A DNA stretch of 62,316 bases, counting the filler. It is 5 parts of 5 records of this genome, joined end to end, with 100 filler letters (N's around TTAATTAATTAA, not from the genome) between each part and the next. Parts side by side here need not be neighbours in the genome. Positions count along the whole stretch, not along the records: positions 1 to 31,955 come from SRR31156797_11178; positions 32,056 to 39,801 come from SRR31156797_11197; 3 more parts are not named here. One strand, written 5' to 3'. The notes below the pieces were generated by a model. It was not told the DNA's origin, made no database searches, and saw only the letters and a list, made by a program, of their open reading frames with translations. Of the stretch, positions 29,706 through 38,107 are shown one piece after another. Within the stretch, counting starts at the first letter, position 1. Each line of letters opens with the position of its first letter. Both the position numbers and the translations under genes were made by a program.

Positions 29706-30962
29706 ATGATACAGACTTTTAAAAACTACCTGGAAAAGCATCCTTCCCTTGTCTCTTTTGATATGAATAAAGTGCAGGCATCAAGCATGGTTGTTGTAAT
29801 ACCTGTATTTATGGAGGACAAGGTGAGAGAAACACTTGATTCTTTGTGTGCATGCCAGCATTTTGAGGGTTATGTTTCTGTTTTCTTAATTGTGAATGCA
29901 TCAGAAAAGGCAGAGAGTGATATTGTTGCATTTCAGGAAAAGTCTTTTATTGATTTAAATGAATACGTTTCTTCGCATCCACAAATTTCGGTATATACTA
30001 TAAAGGCTTTTGATTTACCCAAAAAACACTTTGGAGCTGGTTTAGCCCGTAAAATAGGAATGGATTTGGCGGTGCAGCATTTTATGCAAACAGATAATGA
30101 AGATGGTGTTGTTGTATCATTGGACGCAGATAGTCTGGTAGCTGAAAACTATTTATCCTTTATCCAACAGTTTTTTAATAAGGAAAAGCAAAAGGCTTGT
30201 TCTATTTATTTTGAACATCCATTGGAGGGGGACGAATTTGATGAAGAAATTTATAATGCCATTACGCAGTATGAGTTACATTTAAGATACTATGTAGAAA
30301 GTTTAAAATTCATTGGTTTTCCTTACGCCGTACATACAGTTGGTTCTTGTTTTGCTTTTAAGGCATTGGCCTATGTTAAAGTTGGAGGAATGAATAGAAG
30401 GCAAGGAGGAGAGGAATTCTATTTTATTCAGAAGCTGGTGCAGCAAGGTGAATATGGAAATTTAAATGATACATGTGTATATCCGTCACCGCGTATTTCA
30501 ACAAGAGTACCATTTGGAACCGGTCCATCTATAAAAAAACTCCTGGATGAGGGAACTGAATATCTAACGTATAATTTACAATCCTTTATAGATTTAAAAG
30601 AACTATTTGATCAGTTGGATAATTACTATCAGATTTCAGAAGAAGATTATCAAAGTGAAATATTAAACTTACCTGGAAGAGTAAGGAGCTTTTTATTGAA
30701 TTCAGCTTTTTATGAAGAACTAAAACCTGTCATGGATAATTGTGGTTCACAGGAAGTGTTCAGAAAGCGATTTTATCATGTTTTTAATGCGTTTAAGCTG
30801 GTCAAGTATATTAATTATACACATGAACACTTTCTGGAAAAAACACCAATATTTGATGCCGCTATTGAATTGTTGGAGTTAAAAGAAGTGGATACAGATG
30901 ATTTATTTGAAGATAAAGAATTGCTGTTGGCTTACCGAAAAATACAAAGACAACAGCAATAA
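29706..30962 (+). CDS. glycosyltransferase family 2-like (GT-A fold) protein
   Basis: VVVIPV start, GAGLARKIGMD, LDADS (DxD), YVKVGGM, GEEF. Confidence 0.75.
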   Translation: MIQTFKNYLEKHPSLVSFDMNKVQASSMVVVIPVFMEDKVRETLDSLCACQHFEGYVSVFLIVNASEKAESDIVAFQEKSFIDLNEYVSSHPQISVYTIKAFDLPKKHFGAGLARKIGMDLAVQHFMQTDNEDGVVVSLDADSLVAENYLSFIQQFFNKEKQKACSIYFEHPLEGDEFDEEIYNAITQYELHLRYYVESLKFIGFPYAVHTVGSCFAFKALAYVKVGGMNRRQGGEEFYFIQKLVQQGEYGNLNDTCVYPSPRISTRVPFGTGPSIKKLLDEGTEYLTYNLQSFIDLKELFDQLDNYYQISEEDYQSEILNLPGRVRSFLLNSAFYEELKPVMDNCGSQEVFRKRFYHVFNAFKLVKYINYTHEHFLEKTPIFDAAIELLELKEVDTDDLFEDKELLLAYRKIQRQQQ

Positions 30963-30986
30963 ATGGTAAAACAGATTACTACAAGA

Positions 30987-31310
30987 CTACTTTCTAAATT
31001 TTCTAAAACTGACATATAAATCCAGCGTGGCAGTTAGCAGAACTCCAATAGTCCAGTAACTTCTACCAAAGAAAATGGCAACTGCAGCGGCAGCTAAAAA
31101 TAAAGCACTGATTACCATCACACCATGAAGACGTTTATTTTCTGGTTTGCCTTTTAAATAATTATACAAGCGAACGCCCAACAGAGGAATAATTCCGGCT
31201 ACCAGAATAGGAAGTGCATAGGGAATATCGTTTAATTGAAATAATATACCAGCTAAAGCCAGTATCATGCCTATGTAATAAGCAATACTTAAAAGTTTAT
31301 ATGTATTCAT
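30987..31310 (-). CDS. hypothetical 4-TM membrane protein
   Basis: Four hydrophobic segments. Probable ATG at 31310 (MNTYK), which avoids overlap with the upstream gene. Confidence 0.7.
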   Translation of the reverse strand: MNTYKLLSIAYYIGMILALAGILFQLNDIPYALPILVAGIIPLLGVRLYNYLKGKPENKRLHGVMVISALFLAAAAVAIFFGRSYWTIGVLLTATLDLYVSFRKFRK

Positions 31311-31347
31311 TAAAAAGTAATTATGGTAATGATGTGTAAATATGCGT

Positions 31348-31650
31348 TTATTCTCTTTCTTCAATGACGAAAATATCTTCGTTCTCTTTTTTCATCAAGT
31401 ATTCTTCGCGGGCAAATTTTTCCAGGCTTTCCGAACTTTCTTTGATTTCGTGTAGTTTTCGTTCGTTTTGTTCTATTTCCACCTCGTAGTGATGTTTTTG
31501 CTTTTCGAGCTGTTTAATCCTGGAAGATAGTTTAGCTCTGTCCCAAAGGTTATTTTGATCGAAAAAACTGATCCATACTCCAAAAACCACCAGTGTAATG
31601 AAATATTTGTTTTTTAAATAAGAGGGCAAATTAACTTTAGGTAAACGCAT
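31348..31650 (-). CDS. ftsB: septum formation initiator (FtsB/DivIC family)
   Basis: KNKYFITLVVFGVWISFFDQNN TM segment, coiled coil, LEKFAREEYLMKKENEDIF. ATG at 31650. Confidence 0.85.
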   Translation of the reverse strand: MRLPKVNLPSYLKNKYFITLVVFGVWISFFDQNNLWDRAKLSSRIKQLEKQKHHYEVEIEQNERKLHEIKESSESLEKFAREEYLMKKENEDIFVIEERE

Positions 31651-31665
31651 AAAAAGTGTTTTGTG

Positions 31666-31673
31666 CAAAGATA
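31666..31673 (-). promoter_or_regulatory. Bacteroidota -7 promoter element
   Basis: TATCTTTG on the minus strand just upstream of the ATG at 31650; it overlaps the ORF-track TTG start, which argues against that start. Confidence 0.6.
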
Positions 31674-31955
31674 TAAAAAAGAGAATTGCCTGAAGGTCTT
31701 AAAGCCTCGGGAAATCGAGTTTAAACAAAAAAAGATCCATAATGAGCTATCGACATCAGCAACGCAACTTGGGACCCGCTTTTCTTTATTTTGAAAAGAC
31801 AGAATTGAAGCAAAGCGAAAATCATGAACTCCATATTAAATAAGCTTAAGTGAACTAAAGCTGTTTGACCGCAGGGAGTTCTTTCTGTCTCAAAAGAAAG
31901 AAATTAGTGGGTAAGAGAGTGGTGTAGTCGGCGGACTTTTTTGTTTACTTTTTTT

Positions 31956-32055
31956 NNNNNNNNNNNNNNNNNNNNNNNNNNNNNNNNNNNNNNNNNNNNT
32001 TAATTAATTAANNNNNNNNNNNNNNNNNNNNNNNNNNNNNNNNNNNNNNNNNNNN
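31956..32055. other. artificial contig spacer
   Basis: N44-TTAATTAATTAA-N44 (stops in all six frames); abrupt GC shift across it. Confidence 0.98.
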
Positions 32056-32089
32056 TCGCCGCGGCCATAAAGATTGCCAATTTTTTCAT
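32056..32089 (-). CDS. partial CDS (N-terminal signal peptide only), cut by the contig edge
   Basis: MKKLAIFMAAA with purine-rich GGGAAGAA upstream. Confidence 0.5.
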
Positions 32090-32368
32090 GGATTCTTCCC
32101 TGTGAACCTTTCTACGAACGAAAGGAATACGAGGCCGGCGCCGCAAAGGGCGCTCCCCCCGAAATCCCGCTAACACCGGGGCCGGTTTTTTCCCGTCCCC
32201 CCCGATTGGTTGCATAGTTTCAGGCGACAATCGCTTCCAAGTCAAGGCGAACCTCAACTTTCGGCGGATAGCCGCATTTTCCGGGCTTGACCTGGGGAAA
32301 CCGGCCTCGGATGATGCCGCTCGTTCACACCGACCGCCCTTCGGCCTTTTCTCCCGAGGATAACAACC

Positions 32369-32971
32369 GTGACCGCCGCCATCCTTCATGGAATCGTACT
32401 CGCCTTCGGGCTGATTCTGCCGCTCGGGCCGCAGAACTCGTTTGTGCTCACCCAGGGTGCCAATCAGCCGTCCCTGTGGCGCGCTTTGCCGGCGGTGATC
32501 GCCGCCGGATTGTGCGACACGGCGCTGATTCTGGTGGCGGTGTTCGGCGTGTCGCTGGCGGTGCTCGGGATTCCGTGGCTGAAGACCGGTCTGGTCGGGT
32601 TCGGCGTCGTTTTTTTATTAGTGGTAGGCGTCATCCTGTGGCGTAACGCCGGCGGCGGTTCCAGCGGCGCCGTCCATGCGGCCTGGTCGGCGCGGCGTCA
32701 GTTCGCGTTTGCATCGTCGGTATCGCTGCTCAATCCGCATGCCATCCTAGATACGGTCGGCGTCATCGGACCCAGTTCCCTGGCCTATACGGGGGCCGAA
32801 CGCATTGCCTATACCGCCACCTGCATCGCCGTCTCCTGGCTGTTTTTCCTGTCCCTGGCGATTTTGGGGCGCAGCGTCTCGTCCCTGCGCGGTGCGCGCG
32901 CCTTTTTGAACCGGGGTTCCGCCGTGATCATGTGGGCAACCGCGGTCTATCTTGGCTCGACGCTGCTATAG
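32369..32971 (+). CDS. LysE/ArgO-family amino acid exporter
   Basis: GLILPLGPQNSFVLTQG, LCDTALI, SLLNPHAILDTVGVIG; about 6 TM segments; GAGGA RBS. Confidence 0.9.
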   Translation: MTAAILHGIVLAFGLILPLGPQNSFVLTQGANQPSLWRALPAVIAAGLCDTALILVAVFGVSLAVLGIPWLKTGLVGFGVVFLLVVGVILWRNAGGGSSGAVHAAWSARRQFAFASSVSLLNPHAILDTVGVIGPSSLAYTGAERIAYTATCIAVSWLFFLSLAILGRSVSSLRGARAFLNRGSAVIMWATAVYLGSTLL

Positions 32972-32984
32972 CAATTCTACGCAG

Positions 32985-33920
32985 CTATATCGGCTCGATG
33001 GTATCCGGTGTTGTGATGGTATCGGTGAGCGGCGGTGCTTCGCCCTGGGCAATCCCTTCCGATGGATCGTGACCGCTGAGACTTTCGACGATGTGGCCGG
33101 CGAGTCGTTCGGCGGCGGGGCGGGATGACCCCGGTGCGTCATGGAGCACCATCTCGACCCAGGGCAGGGAGGGGAAGCCTTCCTCCTTGTCGAGAATACG
33201 GAAATCGGCCGGCACCGAAAAACGCGCCAACAGGGCGACCGCCAGGCCGGAGCGCACGGCGCTCTCCAAACCGGCGTGGCTGGCGCTGGTATAGGCGATG
33301 CGCCACGGTATGTCATCCGCGTCCAGCGCTTCGATGGCCCAGCCGTGCCAGTAGGAGCGTTGTGGGTAAAGCGCCAGCGGCACCGGCTGGTCGCGGCGCG
33401 GGATATAGGTGCTGCTGGCGACCCAGACCAACGGTTCCTGCCGCACCAGTTTGCCGCCCCCCTCGCCGGGTCGCTGTGACACCAGGGCCAGATCAAGCCG
33501 TTTATCGGATACGTGCCGCACAAGGTTGACGGCATAATCGCAGATCACGTCGACATGAACCTGGGGAAAAACCTGGGCGAATTTGGCCAGCACCACCGGT
33601 AGCAGCGATTCAGCGTAATCGAAGGTAACGCCCAACCGGACCGTTCCCGCAACCTCCGGTTCCCGCAATCGGGCGATCGCCTCGTCATGCAGGCGCAGAA
33701 TGCGGTGGGTGTATTCCAAAAGAACTTCGCCATCCGCTGTCAGCGTGAGCGCCCGCGGCCGCCGGTCGAAAAGCGTTCTGCCGATCGATTGCTCGAGGCG
33801 CTTCATCTGCATGCTGACGGCCGACTGGGTACGGAAGGTCATTTCGGCGGCCCGGGTGAAGCTTCCCGTTTCGGCAATGGCCGAGAAGGCCCGCAGCAAA
33901 TCGATATCGAGATTGGGCAT
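32985..33920 (-). CDS. LysR-family transcriptional regulator (LrhA-like)
   Basis: LDIDLLRAFSAIAETGSFTRAA...TQSAVSMQMKRLE HTH, followed by a substrate-binding domain. Confidence 0.95.
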   Translation of the reverse strand: MPNLDIDLLRAFSAIAETGSFTRAAEMTFRTQSAVSMQMKRLEQSIGRTLFDRRPRALTLTADGEVLLEYTHRILRLHDEAIARLREPEVAGTVRLGVTFDYAESLLPVVLAKFAQVFPQVHVDVICDYAVNLVRHVSDKRLDLALVSQRPGEGGGKLVRQEPLVWVASSTYIPRRDQPVPLALYPQRSYWHGWAIEALDADDIPWRIAYTSASHAGLESAVRSGLAVALLARFSVPADFRILDKEEGFPSLPWVEMVLHDAPGSSRPAAERLAGHIVESLSGHDPSEGIAQGEAPPLTDTITTPDTIEPI

Positions 33921-33927
33921 GATTTAC

Positions 33928-33944
33928 CATCAATAAAATTGATG
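33928..33944. promoter_or_regulatory. LysR-type T-N11-A operator
   Basis: CATCAAT-AAA-ATTGATG, a perfect dyad in the AT-rich 83-bp divergent intergenic region. Confidence 0.75.
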
Positions 33945-34003
33945 ACAAATATTAATGGAATTCATTTTACTAATCAATTGCCCAGCCTCAAATTTAGGGT
34001 GTT

Positions 34004-34237
34004 ATGACGACCTATACACAGATCCATCGCGCACCCATTGCTCCCAGCCGGACGGTTGGCGGGCTCTCCGCGTGGCTGCGGAATGTCACTTCCGTGGTGT
34101 CGGCCGTGATTGCCCGGATTAGGCCCGATCACGACCTCGAAACCATCGAGCGCGAATTCGGTCGGCAAGGCCTCGGTCAGGTGCCCCTGCGGCCCTTCGA
34201 TGCCGAATGGGAAACCTTCCGCCTGTTGCGGCGCTGA
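34004..34237 (+). CDS. small hypothetical protein divergent from the LysR gene
   Basis: 77-aa ORF in the usual LysR-target position, with AGGG upstream. Confidence 0.6.
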   Translation: MTTYTQIHRAPIAPSRTVGGLSAWLRNVTSVVSAVIARIRPDHDLETIEREFGRQGLGQVPLRPFDAEWETFRLLRR

Positions 34238-34342
34238 ACGCTCGCGCCCTCTCTGGTCCATCTTTCCAATCCGCTATAGACTTGCCGCATCGGCAAGCGC
34301 CTAAGCGCGCCGAGTGTCGGAAAAAATGAGGAGGGTGCCGGC

Positions 34343-35038
34343 GTGAAAACCATCGGCCTGCTCGGCGGCATGAGCTGGGAATCGACCAGCGAATATTACC
34401 GTATCATCAATCAGACCGTTCGCGACCGATTGGGCCCCTTGAATTCGGCCCGCATCGCCATGGTTTCGGTCGAGTTCGCCGAAATCGAGCAGCTGATGCT
34501 TGCCGAAAAATGGGATGAAATCACGGCGATCCTGATCGCGGCGTCGCAGGGGATCGAACGGGCCGGGGCCGATTTTCTTCTGATCTGCACCAACACCATG
34601 CACAAGCTGGCCGATCAAATCCAGGCGGCAATCGGCATCCCGATCCTGCATATCGCCGATTCGACAGCGGCGGCCATCCATACGCGCGGCTTGTCGAAAG
34701 TGGCCCTGTTGGCGACCAGCTTTACGATGGAGGAAGATTTCTATCGCGGCCGTTTGAGCGAAAAGCACGGTCTCGACGTTTTGGTTCCAGAAGAACAAGA
34801 CCGCGAAACCGTGAATCGGGTCATCTTCGACGAACTGTGTGCCGGCCGTGTCGAATCGGCGTCGAAGGCGCAATACCTGGACATCGTCGACCGCCTGATC
34901 GGGCAGGGCGCCGAAGGGGTTATCCTCGGCTGCACCGAGATCGGGCTTCTGATCAGGCCCGAGGATCTGGCCGTTCCCGCCTTCGATACGGCCCGGATCC
35001 ATGCCGTCGCGGCGGTGGAAATGGCGCTTTCTGGATAA
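34343..35038 (+). CDS. aspartate/glutamate racemase family protein (YgeA-like)
   Basis: MKTIGLLGGMSWEST, ICTNTMH, ILGCTEIG; GAGGAGG RBS with GTG start. Confidence 0.93.
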   Translation: MKTIGLLGGMSWESTSEYYRIINQTVRDRLGPLNSARIAMVSVEFAEIEQLMLAEKWDEITAILIAASQGIERAGADFLLICTNTMHKLADQIQAAIGIPILHIADSTAAAIHTRGLSKVALLATSFTMEEDFYRGRLSEKHGLDVLVPEEQDRETVNRVIFDELCAGRVESASKAQYLDIVDRLIGQGAEGVILGCTEIGLLIRPEDLAVPAFDTARIHAVAAVEMALSG

Positions 35039-35125
35039 CTGGCGGTTGGATTTTCCTGAATTAACCCTATAAATACGGTTGAAACGGCGCCCGCGCCGTG
35101 GCCTGCCACTTCCGGGGGGAAGATC

Positions 35126-36133
35126 ATGCCGACTGCCGATACCTTTACCGCGCTTGTCCTTGATGAAGCCGATGGCAAGGTCTCGTCCCGGATCGGCGAT
35201 CTGAAGACCGCCGATCTGCCGGACGGGGATGTCACGATTGCCGTCACCCATTCGACCCTTAACTACAAGGACGGCATGATCCTGAACGGCCTCGGCCGTC
35301 TGGTCAGAAGTTATCCGCACGTGCCGGGGATCGATTTCGCCGGCCGTGTCGAAAGCTCGGCTTCACCGCTGTTCAAGGAGGGCGATAGCGTCATCCTGAC
35401 TGGCTGGCGGGTCGGTGAGGTTCGCTGGGGCGGCTATGCGACACGGGCCAGGGTCAAGTCAGAATGGCTGGTGCCGCTGCCCGACGGACTGAGCCTGTCG
35501 CAATCTATGGCGATCGGCACGGCCGGTTTCACCGCCATGCTGGCGCTGATGGCGCTGGAGGAACACGGCCTGACGCCGGATGCCAAGGGTGACGTGCTGG
35601 TTACCGGTGCCGCCGGCGGCGTCGGCAGCGTCGCGGTGGCGCTGATGGCGGCCCTGGGATACCGGGTCGCGGCCTCGACCGGGCGGGCCGAAACTCACGA
35701 CTATCTGAAAAAACTGGGCGCGTCGGAAATCGTCGATCGGTCCGAACTGGAAACCCCGCCGAAGGCGCCGCTGGGCGAAGGGCGCTGGGCGGGCGCCATC
35801 GACAATGTCGGTTCCGGCACCTTATCCAGCGTTCTGGCGACGCTGAACCCCGGCGCCTCGTGCGCCGCCGTCGGTCTGGCGGCGGGGCCGCAACTGAACA
35901 CGACGGTCATTCCCTTCCTGCTGCGCGGCGTCAATCTGCTTGGCATCGATTCCGGGATGTGTCCGCTTGAACGGCGCGTCATTGCCTGGGATCGCCTCGC
36001 CCGAGAACTGCCGAAAGACCTGCTCGATGGCATGACCGAGGTTGCGCCGCTTTCCGATCTGCCGGGCCTGGGCAAGCGAATCCTGGATGGTCAGGTCCGT
36101 GGACGTACCGTCATCGATCTTGAATTGCCGTGA
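35126..36133 (+). CDS. acuI: acryloyl-CoA reductase AcuI / YhdH-family MDR oxidoreductase
   Basis: HSTLNYKDG, PGIDFAG, AIGTAGFTAML, VTGAAGGVGS, PFLLRGVNLLGIDS, GQVRGR. Confidence 0.88.
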   Translation: MPTADTFTALVLDEADGKVSSRIGDLKTADLPDGDVTIAVTHSTLNYKDGMILNGLGRLVRSYPHVPGIDFAGRVESSASPLFKEGDSVILTGWRVGEVRWGGYATRARVKSEWLVPLPDGLSLSQSMAIGTAGFTAMLALMALEEHGLTPDAKGDVLVTGAAGGVGSVAVALMAALGYRVAASTGRAETHDYLKKLGASEIVDRSELETPPKAPLGEGRWAGAIDNVGSGTLSSVLATLNPGASCAAVGLAAGPQLNTTVIPFLLRGVNLLGIDSGMCPLERRVIAWDRLARELPKDLLDGMTEVAPLSDLPGLGKRILDGQVRGRTVIDLELP

Positions 36134-36169
36134 ATCGGCGTCAAATTCGAATTTGCCGCCGATTTTGTT
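36133..36169 (+). terminator. rho-independent terminator after acuI
   Basis: AATCGGCGTCAAATTCGAATTTGCCGCCGATT hairpin (one mismatch) followed by TTGTT. Confidence 0.65.
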
Positions 36170-36289
36170 CCCATATCGAAACCAAAATCCAGAATTCGTG
36201 CCAAACAATCCAATACCTACTAAATCTAGATGTTTTATGAAAACCGTATTACACTTCGCCGGGGATACCGGTTCGTGGAGGCTGTGAGT

Positions 36290-36967
36290 ATGCGGTTGGC
36301 TGTTTGTGCGGGATTGGCGGTAATCGCCGTATCGGCGATTGTTTCTGCCGCTGAGGTTCCCGTGCCGCAGAATTTCGGCCAGGCCATGGGCTGGTACGAG
36401 AAGGCCGCCGAGGCGGGCAACGCCGAGGCCCAATACTATCTCGGCCTCATGTACGAAACCGGCGTTCGCGGCAACGATCCCGGGACGGCCGCCAAATGGT
36501 ACCGTCTGGCCGCCGACCAGGGCCATGTCGAGGCGCAGGCCCGGCTCGGCGTTCTCTACTATTCCGGTTCCGGCGTCGAACGCGACCTGGCCGAGGCGGC
36601 AAAATTATACGCAGCGGCGGCCGAAGGCGGGTCGGCCCGTGCCCAATACAACCTTGCCCTCATGTATGAACGCGGCCAGGGCGTCCCCGCCAACGGCACC
36701 ATGGCGGTGGCCCTGTTCGAACGCGCGTCCGACAACGGCATCGCCGAGGCGCGGCTCAACCTGACCATGCTTTATGCCCTCGGCTCCGGCGTTGACCGCG
36801 ATCCGGCAAGGGCCCTGATGTGGCTCGAGATAGCGGCGGAATCGGGCCTGTTGGTGGGCGATGCGGTGCGTGACAGCCTGACCGACGAACTGAGCCCGGA
36901 ACAGATCGAGGAAGCCGTCCGACTGGCCGCCGAACGCCTAGCCAAGTCGGCCGACAACCAGCCCTGA
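36290..36967 (+). CDS. secreted Sel1-repeat (TPR-like) protein
   Basis: Signal peptide, then repeats AQYYLGLMY..G, AQARLGVLYYSG.GV, AQYNLALMYERG.GV; GGAGG before the ATG at 36290. Confidence 0.9.
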   Translation: MRLAVCAGLAVIAVSAIVSAAEVPVPQNFGQAMGWYEKAAEAGNAEAQYYLGLMYETGVRGNDPGTAAKWYRLAADQGHVEAQARLGVLYYSGSGVERDLAEAAKLYAAAAEGGSARAQYNLALMYERGQGVPANGTMAVALFERASDNGIAEARLNLTMLYALGSGVDRDPARALMWLEIAAESGLLVGDAVRDSLTDELSPEQIEEAVRLAAERLAKSADNQP

Positions 36968-37052
36968 AAACAATGACGGTGAAACGGCCCCGGCGCACCG
37001 GCTCCGGTAGGGCGGGATTTCGCCGCAACCCGCATGCAAGGAGACGACAATA

Positions 37053-37808
37053 ATGATCGATAGCGGTCTTTCCGGCAAAACGGCCCTGGTAACCGGCGGT
37101 TCGCGTGGCATCGGCAGGGCGGTTTGCCTGGCCCTGGCCGAAGAAGGCGTCAAGGTTGCGATCAATTACGCATCCGACGATGCCGCCGCCGAACAAACCC
37201 GCGCCGCCGTCGCCACCCACGGCGTCGCCTGCAAGGCCTACAAGGCCGATGTTTCCGACCCGGCCCAGGTGCGGTCCATGGTTGCTGCCATCGAAACGGA
37301 TTTGGGCCCGGTCGATCTGCTCGCCGCCAATGCCGGTTATGCGAAGGCCGAGGACCCGGACGCCATGTCGCTGGATGTCTGGCGCAAGTGCATGGCGGTC
37401 AACGCCGACGGCACTTATTTGACCGTTACCGAGGTTGTCGGCGGCATGCAAAAACGGGGCTACGGCCGTATCGTCTGCACCGCTTCGGTAGCGGCGTTGC
37501 GGCCGCGACCCGGCATGATCGCCTACAGTGCCGCCAAGGCCGCCGTCGTCGCCTTCGTGCGCAGCTGTTCCGAAGCCTTCGCGCCGCATATCCGCATCAA
37601 CTGCGTGGCGCCCGGCCTGATTGCCACCGAGATGGCCGATACCCTAACGCCGGAGGTCCAGGCGAGCCTGATCGCGACGACGCCCCTGGGCCGGATCGGC
37701 AAGCCCGAAGAGATCGCCCAGATGATCCTGTTCCTGCTATCGGACCGCTCGAGTTATTCGACCGGACAGGTCTTCGTGGCCAGCGGTGGGCGGGTGACGC
37801 TGCCCTAG
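37053..37808 (+). CDS. SDR-family oxidoreductase (FabG-like)
   Basis: TGGSRGIG, NAG, YSAAK, NCVAPG. Confidence 0.92.
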   Translation: MIDSGLSGKTALVTGGSRGIGRAVCLALAEEGVKVAINYASDDAAAEQTRAAVATHGVACKAYKADVSDPAQVRSMVAAIETDLGPVDLLAANAGYAKAEDPDAMSLDVWRKCMAVNADGTYLTVTEVVGGMQKRGYGRIVCTASVAALRPRPGMIAYSAAKAAVVAFVRSCSEAFAPHIRINCVAPGLIATEMADTLTPEVQASLIATTPLGRIGKPEEIAQMILFLLSDRSSYSTGQVFVASGGRVTLP

Positions 37809-37841
37809 GCGGGTGGGTGACGCTGCCCTAGGCGGGCGGGT
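37788..37841 (+). repeat. 23-bp tandem duplication across the SDR stop codon
   Basis: GGGYGGGTGACGCTGCCCTAGGC at 37788-37810 and 37811-37833, plus a partial third copy. Confidence 0.9.
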
Positions 37842-37897
37842 TGAATGCGTCGCCGAACGGGCCGGTTGCTGGTCTCGAAAACCGTACTCTGCTATTC

Positions 37898-37927
37898 TTG
37901 ACACCCGGCCCCGTTTGGGCGTATAGC
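37898..37927 (+). promoter_or_regulatory. sigma70 promoter of tRNA-Met
   Basis: TTGACA (37898-37903), 17-18 nt spacer, (G)TATAGC. Confidence 0.65.
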
Positions 37928-37960
37928 CACCGTCCGAACGCGGGAGCGTTTGCGCCTTGT

Positions 37961-38037
37961 GGCGGAGTAGCTCAGTTGGTTAGAGCAATGGAATCATAAT
38001 CCATGTGTCCCCAGTTCGAGTCTGGGCTCCGCTACCA
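37961..38037 (+). tRNA. tRNA-Met(CAT), probably elongator
   Basis: GGCGGAG/CTCCGCT acceptor stem, ATGGA-ATCATAA-TCCAT anticodon arm, GTTCGAG T-loop, encoded CCA. Lacks the initiator C1:A72 mismatch and GGG/CCC stem. Confidence 0.93.
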
Positions 38038-38043
38038 ATTTTA

Positions 38044-38074
38044 AAGGCCCCGTCGATCTTCTCGATGGGGCTTT
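38044..38074 (+). terminator. terminator-like hairpin after tRNA-Met
   Basis: AAGGCCCCGTCGA-TCTTC-TCGATGGGGCTTT. Confidence 0.6.
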
Positions 38075-38107
38075 CCCTTGTCCCTTTTCGCCGAACGGGA
38101 GACAGCC

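Noticed and set aside
32000-32389. ORF-track entries running into N spacers (also 39854-41149, 49454-49930, 49927-50229)
   Set aside because: Their ends are created by the spacer. Only the real parts were annotated, as partial genes.
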